NCBI GenBank assembly: GCA_902464635.1
Contig: CABQKC010000002.1
Coordinates: 22,491 to 86,490 of the forward strand
Reading direction: 5' to 3'
DNA length: 64,000 nucleotides
DNA from: an uncultured Bacillales bacterium
GTDB lineage: Bacteria; Bacillota_I; Bacilli_A; RFN20; CAG-826
The notes beneath the pieces were generated by a model. The model had not been told where the DNA came from, ran no database searches, and saw only the letters and a program-made list of their open reading frames with translations. How positions within the stretch are numbered: position 1 is the stretch's first letter; each line of letters begins with the position of its first letter. Shown in pieces: positions 1-6,861 of the stretch. The position numbers were made by a program, and so were the translations under genes.

Positions 1-1
1 G

Positions 2-712
2 TCTGCAGTTGATGAACTTGGATTTGCCACTAACCCAAGAGGTGGCAGTGAGTCCGATATGAGAAGTGTAGTCTCTGGAATCGAAGGAAAGACATCTACA
101 ATATCTTTCGATCCTGACAAGACAGTAAATTATGCTTCTTGCCACGATAATTACACTCTTTATGACCGTGCTTATATGGCTGGTATCGATGATGAAGAAT
201 TATTAAAGAAGATGCCTGTTTTAGCTAATTCCATTGTCTTGACTAGCCAAGGAACCTCCTTCATTCTTTCCGGAGAAGAGTTCTTGAGAACAAAAGATAA
301 AGTCAATGGAGATGGTACCCATACAAAAGACGGCAATTCCTATTCCTCCTCTTATGAAGTCAATGCTCTTGATTATGATCTAAAATCCAAGAATATGGAT
401 GTATATGCGATTTATAAAAAGCTCATCTATCTAAAGACTCATGTCGATGGACTAGCATTAACAAAAGACGGCGTTGCCTCTAATCTAAATGTAACTGCAT
501 CCAAAGGACAAATTACCTATACCATCAAAGATAGTCTTAATAATAAAGAATATAAGATTGTCCATAATGATGGGGCTTCAATTCATGAAGCAATGGATTT
601 TGCTGGTTATGAATTATATCTAGATACAATTGATGTCAATTCTACTAGAAAATTAACCAATAACGAAAAAGCCAATCGCTTCCAGACTTTAATTGGAGTA
701 AAATCCCTTTAA
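2..712 (+). CDS. pullulanase / GH13 debranching enzyme, C-terminal part (5' end outside window)
   Basis: Frame 2 is open from nt 2 to the first Met at 59. YASCHDNYTLYD...LTSQGTSFILSGEEFLRTK parallels YVDCHDNYTLYD...LSQGAAFIHGGSEFFRQK of the pullulanase at 6858-9440. Confidence 0.8.
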   Translation, partial: SAVDELGFATNPRGGSESDMRSVVSGIEGKTSTISFDPDKTVNYASCHDNYTLYDRAYMAGIDDEELLKKMPVLANSIVLTSQGTSFILSGEEFLRTKDKVNGDGTHTKDGNSYSSSYEVNALDYDLKSKNMDVYAIYKKLIYLKTHVDGLALTKDGVASNLNVTASKGQITYTIKDSLNNKEYKIVHNDGASIHEAMDFAGYELYLDTIDVNSTRKLTNNEKANRFQTLIGVKSL

Positions 713-999
713 TGCCACGCAATCCTACTAACAAACCTAAATACGAAGAATTATCGGATTCACTCGATGAATCCGATATCTCTTTGGGGGCGTCTAGACC
801 AGTTAAGGTAAAGAAAAAGAAAAAAGAAGATAAGCTAGATGAAAAGGAAAAAAGAAAGCAAAACAGGCTTTATAACATCCTTTATATATGCTCTGCTATA
901 TTCTTCTTTATTCTAGGAATAATAGTTATCTGTCTGATTAATTACATCAAGGGGGATGGTTTCCACTTAATCAAGGCTCTCTTCGCTTGTTTCAAATGA
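712..999 (+). CDS. hypothetical small membrane protein (Lys-rich N-terminus, one C-terminal TM segment)
   Basis: TAATG stop/start overlap with the pullulanase gene. KVKKKKKEDK tract followed by hydrophobic ICSAIFFFILGIIVICLI. The 3' end overlaps the convergent gene by 33 nt. No recognisable family. Confidence 0.35.
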   Translation: MPRNPTNKPKYEELSDSLDESDISLGASRPVKVKKKKKEDKLDEKEKRKQNRLYNILYICSAIFFFILGIIVICLINYIKGDGFHLIKALFACFK

Positions 1000-2019
1000 A
1001 GATAATTTAGATATAAAGTCCTTATCCGTATAATTGGATAGGGCTCTTTTTCTATATTCATTCATTTCTTCTTCGTCTTTAAATAAGACTGATCCATCAT
1101 CTAGATAGGCTTTTCCTAGGCTACATTTATCAACTAGGGTAACTCTATCATTGCCAAATATTAGAAACATGATATTTATAAAATAGGGGAGAACAAATAG
1201 AAGGATTACGGTATAGCCATTGAAAAATATCGTTGTTAAGGCAATAAAAGGAAGGTAATAGGCTTTTTTTAATAAGGTAAAACCTATCTTTTGCCTATAT
1301 CCATTTTTGTCCCCATAACTGATTTTAAATATATATTCCCCGATTCCTTTCCTTCCTTTATTTAATAGGGGAAGGGCAACGCTTAATACAAGGAAAGAAA
1401 ACCCAATCGAACAAATTCTTCCTAATGTCAAGGTCTTGCTAATGAAGTCAGAAGAAGATTTTATAGAAGGATCAACATAATTTAATAGGGATGGTAATCC
1501 TTTGTATGTTGACTTAAATAGATCCAAGACATCATTCTGCCCTCTTTTATTTAAACCATCTTTTATAAATCCTGGTTTAGACGAATTGACAGTTCCATCT
1601 TCATTCACATAATAAGAAGCATAGTCAGTCGAATATGAATTAATTGTAGGGGAGGCTGGTAAACGTAAGACAAAGATATTATATAATTCCCCTATTGTCT
1701 TATCGTTCCTATTGCCGGTTAGATAAGTAACTAATTCATTGGGATAAGAAACAAGATAGAAGTTTTGGATTGCCTCTTCATATCCTTTATATTCATCTAG
1801 AGTTAGAGATAAATTTAGATTCAGTTCTTCTTTTTTTGCCAAAATGGTTTCGTTTTCTTTTATAAATCCTGGATTATTAATAATTATTGGATAGCAAACT
1901 GCATAGAAACAAAATAAAAAAGCTAATATAAAAGAAACGAAATTTATTAGATTAGACCAAATATATTTTACTACCGGAGCTCTTTCGGCTTCATGATTGA
2001 CTTGGATTTCTTTCTTCAT
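967..2019 (-). CDS. RDD-like integral membrane protein (paralog of the upstream gene)
   Basis: 350 aa with an N-terminal TM, a soluble loop of about 170 aa and a C-terminal TM bundle. GIGEYIFKISYGDKNGY resembles the RDD-family G(K)xxxGLxVVdxxG motif. Overlaps the upstream gene by 29 nt. Confidence 0.55.
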   Translation of the reverse strand: MKKEIQVNHEAERAPVVKYIWSNLINFVSFILAFLFCFYAVCYPIIINNPGFIKENETILAKKEELNLNLSLTLDEYKGYEEAIQNFYLVSYPNELVTYLTGNRNDKTIGELYNIFVLRLPASPTINSYSTDYASYYVNEDGTVNSSKPGFIKDGLNKRGQNDVLDLFKSTYKGLPSLLNYVDPSIKSSSDFISKTLTLGRICSIGFSFLVLSVALPLLNKGRKGIGEYIFKISYGDKNGYRQKIGFTLLKKAYYLPFIALTTIFFNGYTVILLFVLPYFINIMFLIFGNDRVTLVDKCSLGKAYLDDGSVLFKDEEEMNEYRKRALSNYTDKDFISKLSSFETSEESLD

Positions 2020-2959
2020 AACGTCTTTCTTCTTCTATTGTATCGAAATATAACGAATTTTCTTCATCTGCAACGCAGGAAGCGGATAGATAATCATGTA
2101 TGGAACGATGCTTTTTAGTAAACATTGTCATTGTATAGGATATTAATAAAGTTGCCCCGAAAGAAAACATTGAACCAAACATTTCTATAATTAAAAATGA
2201 GAAAAACCTCAATATCAGCCATCTTTTCTTATATGTATAGCCATTTTTATCTAGGACAGTTAATTTGAATATTTTCTTTCCAATTGTCGCACTTGTTTTA
2301 GAAATAAGAGGGATTATATAAAAGAATATGAATGCAGATAATATAACTGGAGGGAATGCATAACAAATAGTAAAACCGACAATACGGGTATTTTCATCGT
2401 TACAAGAAGTAATAAGGGGATCTTTATTTACTTTAGTCAAGGCTGATGAATAGATATCTTTTAAAGACAAAACCGCATCAATTTCTTTAACATTTTCTTT
2501 CTTATTAATTTTTAGATGTGAATCAACTTCAGTTAAGGATTCAAATAAAGAAGATTCCTTTCCTATCCCTAATATAGAACTTTCAAAGGTTTCATCGCTT
2601 AGTTTGGCCATATGGAAACTTACCGCAATATCGCTGCAATAGAAGGCTTTTAGATTATCTAATAGATAAACGGTTTTAGTTTCTCCATAATAGGTAAAAT
2701 CTTCTTTATGGAATTGCTCTAGCTTTTCTATAGGGCTAGTAACATCGGTAGAAATTCCCTTGAAGTCGATGAATAAGCCTGATTCTAATTGTCTAGAAAC
2801 CATCTTGGCGGCATTCTCATTATATTTTGCTTCATTAGATACATTAGGTAATATAAATGGAAAATAGATAATGCTAGCTAAGGCAAAAGTAGCGGCTAAA
2901 TCTATTAAGTGAGCAAATGCTCTTTTCCATATCGAACCTAGGACAATTAATTTTCCCAT
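1991..2959 (-). CDS. RDD family integral membrane protein
   Basis: WKRAFAHLIDLAATFALASIIYF (R..A..D start of the RDD domain) and ATIGKKIFKLTVLDKNGY near the C-terminal TM helices. Same architecture as 967-2019. Confidence 0.6.
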   Translation of the reverse strand: MGKLIVLGSIWKRAFAHLIDLAATFALASIIYFPFILPNVSNEAKYNENAAKMVSRQLESGLFIDFKGISTDVTSPIEKLEQFHKEDFTYYGETKTVYLLDNLKAFYCSDIAVSFHMAKLSDETFESSILGIGKESSLFESLTEVDSHLKINKKENVKEIDAVLSLKDIYSSALTKVNKDPLITSCNDENTRIVGFTICYAFPPVILSAFIFFYIIPLISKTSATIGKKIFKLTVLDKNGYTYKKRWLILRFFSFLIIEMFGSMFSFGATLLISYTMTMFTKKHRSIHDYLSASCVADEENSLYFDTIEEERRYEERNPSQS

Positions 2960-3160
2960 GGGTCAAGTATAATTCGGTTAGGGAATAAAATCACTTTATT
3001 TATAAATAAATAGGTTAATTAAGGGCAAAAATAAAAACTTTAAACCTATTATAAAAATAATTATCTCGTGTTTTTACGTCTATAATCTTAAAAAACATAG
3101 TAAAAATAGATGGATTTCTAGATTATAAACAGGAAATCTGTCTATAATCAAAAAATAAAC

Positions 3161-3188
3161 TTGAAAAGTATCGTTATTTAAATACAAT
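3161..3188 (+). promoter_or_regulatory. putative sigma-A type promoter for the ATPase/Toprim-like pair
   Basis: TTGAAA (3161-3166), 16 nt spacer, TACAAT (3183-3188), then SD GGAG at 3196-3199 and ATG at 3204. Two further TATAAT boxes lie upstream at 3081 and 3143. Confidence 0.3.
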
Positions 3189-3203
3189 ATTCATTGGAGA
3201 TAA

Positions 3204-4346
3204 ATGATGAAATTGTTGAAGTTTAAAGTTAATAGCGGATATAAAATGTTAGAAAAGGGTTTTGAAGTCAATTTTTTGACCAAGACTAGGATTAATAAAG
3301 ATGCTCTTAATGACGATATTATCGAATTGGAAGAAGGACTTTATTATCCTTTAGAAACGGTGTTTATCGGTAAGAACTCTTCTGGCAAGACTTCTGTTCT
3401 CATTTTGATTGAATTGATATTGAATTTCATCAAAAGTGGCAGAATCCCTGTTGACTTAATACTTGATCAAGATGCATTGGAATTGGAATTTCTCTTCTAT
3501 GATTCCGGATATATATATTTATACAAAGGTGAATTTTACAAAAATGAATTAAGCAATCTTTCTTATATGGTTATTAGGAATGAATCCTTGAAAAAGACCA
3601 TATATAAAAAGAACTACAAAAAGGACTTAAGCAACATTTCTTTCCCTAAAGATTATATCTTCCTTAATGAAGATAGTGGGAGTGACACTTCTGAAATAGC
3701 TAAACTAAAAATAGCGGATTCATCTATTCTTTTGGATTTAAATTCAATCGATAATTCTAATCTTGCCTCTATTATAGAAAAGATAAATTTATTTTATGGG
3801 AACGATGCTTTTAATTGCTTAGTTGCATTATTTGATGACAGCATCGAAAGCATAAAGCCTGTCAGACTAGATGATAATTCGGCTGCCTTTAAATTCAAAA
3901 GAGTCAACAAGCCAGAAGTTTTAGTAAATCTTTCTTATTTAAAAGATAGGCTATCTTCAGGCACATATAGAGGGATATATCTATTTGCTGCCTCGCTTCT
4001 TTCTTTTAGGCTCGGTGGGGATATTTTAGTTGATGAAATCGAAAAGAGTTTCAATAAGAATCTAATAGAAAATCTATTCATTCTTTTTAATGATAAAAGG
4101 ATTAATAGGAAAAATGCATCAATTATATATTCCACCCATTATGCTGGATTATTAGATCATAGCCCTAGATGCGATAACATCAATGTTTTGCATAGGGTTG
4201 GCGATAAAATAAGCATTAGCAACATGTCTACTTCATATGAAATGAGAACGGATATTTCAAAATCAAATCAATTTGAGCAAAATGCATTTGATAATCTAAC
4301 AAATTACGATAGATTGATGGACTTAAGGAGAGTTTTGCTTAAATGA
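3204..4346 (+). CDS. soluble ABC/SMC-like ATPase (AAA_15/AAA_21-type), candidate defence-system NTPase
   Basis: Walker A GKNSSGKTS (res 56-64, nt 3369-3395). ABC signature-like LSSGT (res 250-254). Walker B ILVDE (res 274-278). H-loop STH (res 310-312). No TM segments and no transporter partner. Confidence 0.85.
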   Translation: MMKLLKFKVNSGYKMLEKGFEVNFLTKTRINKDALNDDIIELEEGLYYPLETVFIGKNSSGKTSVLILIELILNFIKSGRIPVDLILDQDALELEFLFYDSGYIYLYKGEFYKNELSNLSYMVIRNESLKKTIYKKNYKKDLSNISFPKDYIFLNEDSGSDTSEIAKLKIADSSILLDLNSIDNSNLASIIEKINLFYGNDAFNCLVALFDDSIESIKPVRLDDNSAAFKFKRVNKPEVLVNLSYLKDRLSSGTYRGIYLFAASLLSFRLGGDILVDEIEKSFNKNLIENLFILFNDKRINRKNASIIYSTHYAGLLDHSPRCDNINVLHRVGDKISISNMSTSYEMRTDISKSNQFEQNAFDNLTNYDRLMDLRRVLLK

Positions 4347-4840
4347 AAATTCTTCTTGCTTGCGAAGGACAAAGCGAAGTTTTTTTATTAAATAGCCTCA
4401 TTGAAAAAGGCTATTTAGATTTTAAGTGCCCATTGTTACTTGATGAACCAATAAGATTAAGACAATTAGCAGAAATTGCCCCAATCATCAACGCTTTACC
4501 AATTAATGAAGAAATCATAATTTATCGTGTTGGCGATACGTTAAAAGAAGATTTTGATTTATCGAAATTCAAGATGCGTCTAAATTATATGAAAGTTTAT
4601 AAAGTTTGTACGAAACCAGAAATCGAAGTACTTATTATTATTAACGAGGGAATTTATCCGGAATATATCAAAAACAGCAAGAAGTATAGGCCTAAGTCTT
4701 TTGTTAACTCCAAATTCAAAGATTTTGATATTGAAAGTTATTTCTATTCCAATGACTTATCTAATGCGATTAGAGAGTACAAAAGATTAAAAAAGCATAA
4801 CAAAGATGAATTATATTTAGCGGATTTATTAACAAAATAG
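4343..4840 (+). CDS. small Toprim/RloB-like protein (EGxxE motif), partner of the upstream ATPase
   Basis: ATGA overlap with the ATPase stop. N-terminus MKILLACEGQSEVFLL (E8, E12) resembles the OLD/RloB/DUF4276 Toprim start. IIIYRVGD...DFD is an acidic cluster. KPEIEVLIII resembles the RloB NPxFExWLL motif (from memory). Confidence 0.7.
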   Translation: MKILLACEGQSEVFLLNSLIEKGYLDFKCPLLLDEPIRLRQLAEIAPIINALPINEEIIIYRVGDTLKEDFDLSKFKMRLNYMKVYKVCTKPEIEVLIIINEGIYPEYIKNSKKYRPKSFVNSKFKDFDIESYFYSNDLSNAIREYKRLKKHNKDELYLADLLTK

Positions 4841-5007
4841 GCTTTTTATCGATATTTTTTCTTGCCTGTTAAAAGGAAACGAAAATTTTATTTGTATTTT
4901 GCTTAAAATGGTTGATAATAAACCCGTACAAAAATTAAGCAAAACGCCTCGCGCCTGAAAGAAGTGATCTTATCGGGCAAGGGGATTATTTCGCTTGTAG
5001 GAGATTT

Positions 5008-6177
5008 ATGGCTAAAGAAAACATCGAACAGTACGAACTTAAAGAGATCAAGGAAGAAGTCGAAACAACCAAAAAGAAAGAAAAATTCGACGATTCTGCC
5101 TTCGTTGCCCTTCATCACATCGACAAAGTCTATGACAATAATGTCCAGGCCGTATTTGATTTCAATCTTGATATCAAAAAGCATGAATTCATCGTCTTTG
5201 TTGGCCCTTCTGGATGTGGTAAATCAACAACCCTCCGTATGGTTGCTGGCCTAGAAGACATCACTAGAGGCGAACTCTATATCGATGGAGAGCTTTGCAA
5301 TGATAAGCAACCAAAAGATAGAAATATCGCGATGGTCTTCCAAAGCTATGCTCTTTATCCACATATGTCTGTCTATGATAACATGGCGTTTGGGCTTGTT
5401 ATTTCTCACCTTCCAAAGGCTGAAATTGATAAAAGAGTCCATGAAGCCGCTAGAATTCTTCAAATCGAGCAATATCTAGATAGAAAGCCAAAGGCCTTGT
5501 CTGGTGGACAAAGGCAGCGTGTTGCCTTGGGTAGGGCAATCGTTAGGAACGCCAAGGTATTCCTGATGGACGAACCTCTATCTAATCTTGATGCTAAACT
5601 TCGTGTCCAGATGAGAAGCGAAATTGTTAAACTTCATCAAGCCTTAGGTGCGACTACAATCTATGTTACCCATGACCAAACCGAAGCTATGACCATGGCC
5701 ACTAGAATTGTTGTCATGAAATTAGGTAGAATCCAACAAATTGGCACTCCAAAGGAAATTTATAATAATCCTGCCAATTTATTCGTTGCTGGATTCATCG
5801 GTTCTCCTTCGATGAATTTCCTTAACGTTGACTATAAAGATGGAAATGTCATCTTCGAAGGTGGCAAGGAAATGAAATTGCCTGCTTCAGTTATCAAAGG
5901 ACATAAATTGCCTGAACAATTCATTCTTGGCATCCGCCCAGAAGATATCCGTCATGTTGAAACTTCGACTAAAGACAATGCAATAGAAGTAGAAGTCAAG
6001 GTTGCTGAACTTCTTGGCTCTGAATATTATTTGCATTGCGATTTCGGGGGAATTGATTTGGTTTCAAAATGCCCAGCTGATAAAGAAATTAAGTCCGGTG
6101 ACAAGGTATTTGTCGAATTGAATTTGTCTAAGATTAAATTCTTCAACAAAGAAAGCGAAGAACACGAAGCAATATAA
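5008..6177 (+). CDS. sugar ABC transporter ATP-binding protein, MalK/MsmK/UgpC family (orphan, no adjacent permease)
   Basis: GPSGCGKST Walker [15 protein letters not shown] signature, [11 protein letters not shown] Walker B and a C-terminal MalK-type regulatory domain. SD AGGAG lies upstream of the ATG at 5008. Confidence 0.9.
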   Translation: MAKENIEQYELKEIKEEVETTKKKEKFDDSAFVALHHIDKVYDNNVQAVFDFNLDIKKHEFIVFVGPSGCGKSTTLRMVAGLEDITRGELYIDGELCNDKQPKDRNIAMVFQSYALYPHMSVYDNMAFGLVISHLPKAEIDKRVHEAARILQIEQYLDRKPKALSGGQRQRVALGRAIVRNAKVFLMDEPLSNLDAKLRVQMRSEIVKLHQALGATTIYVTHDQTEAMTMATRIVVMKLGRIQQIGTPKEIYNNPANLFVAGFIGSPSMNFLNVDYKDGNVIFEGGKEMKLPASVIKGHKLPEQFILGIRPEDIRHVETSTKDNAIEVEVKVAELLGSEYYLHCDFGGIDLVSKCPADKEIKSGDKVFVELNLSKIKFFNKESEEHEAI

Positions 6178-6200
6178 TATTTTGTCTTGCTTAATAATCT

Positions 6201-6234
6201 AGGGATGGGGGTCATTCTCCATCCCTTTATTTGT
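6201..6234 (+). terminator. rho-independent terminator after the ABC ATPase gene
   Basis: AGGGATGG (6201-6208) pairs with CCATCCCT (6219-6226) and is followed by TTATTTGT. Confidence 0.6.
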
Positions 6235-6303
6235 CTAAAAGCATATTTCTAGCCTAGAAAGCTATATTGATATAAAATAAATTCATAAAGAAAGGGAAAA
6301 ATT

Positions 6304-6861
6304 ATGGAAAGGAAGAAACTTTTTAGTGCTTTGATGTTCTCTTCATTGCTATTTGCTTCTTGCGGGAATAATAGTAATGAGAGTTCGGATACTTCTAGTC
6401 AAGAATCTAGTAAGCCTGATGAAACGGTTACTACGACAGTAACTACTTCGGTAAGTTCAACTACATCAAAACCAAGCGACAGTGATGAACCTTATGCTTT
6501 CGATGGAATCGTACGTATCCATTATAGAAACCAAAATGAATCATATTCATCTAAATGCTTATGGGTTTGGTTAAGTGGGGTAAATGGCCAAATATATGAA
6601 TTTGCCAATAACAATAACCCAGATTCATATGGGCTATGGGCGGATTTTGATTTGCAAGCAGCCCCATTTAATGATTTTTCATTGACTGAACTTAGCTATA
6701 TAGTCAGGGAGAAATCCACCTGGGATGGGCAGACTAGCGATACTTTGATTGAATTCTCTAAATTCAAGCCATATGAAACTACTAGGGAAGATGGAAGGAA
6801 GCAAATAGATGTCTATTCTTTTGATTCAGGCAATAAAAACTTACCCTTTATCCAACTTTGA
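6304..6861 (+). CDS. pullulanase N-terminal fragment: lipoprotein signal, Ser/Thr linker and CBM41-like module (frameshifted from 6858-9440)
   Basis: Lipobox LLFASC. IVRIHYRNQNESYSSKCLWVWL is the pullulanase-associated (CBM41/PUD) pattern. The ORF ends at TGA 6859-6861, just after an A5 run at 6835-6839. Confidence 0.75.
   Translation: MERKKLFSALMFSSLLFASCGNNSNESSDTSSQESSKPDETVTTTVTTSVSSTTSKPSDSDEPYAFDGIVRIHYRNQNESYSSKCLWVWLSGVNGQIYEFANNNNPDSYGLWADFDLQAAPFNDFSLTELSYIVREKSTWDGQTSDTLIEFSKFKPYETTREDGRKQIDVYSFDSGNKNLPFIQL

Noticed and set aside
3935-4135. 66-aa antisense ORF inside the candidate defence ATPase, considered as a possible antitoxin or antisense regulator.
   Set aside because: There is no RBS or promoter-like signal, and the sequence is Leu/Ser/Phe-rich as expected from the complement of an AT-rich coding region. 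There is nothing to support it beyond being open.
6832-6840. Programmed -1 ribosomal frameshift at AAT AAA AAC joining the two pullulanase ORFs.
   Set aside because: The heptamer T AAA AAC is not a canonical X XXY YYZ slippery site. I see no upstream SD-like stimulator or downstream hairpin. A homopolymer indel, either real or an assembly error, is the simpler explanation. It is kept only as an alternative in the finding.
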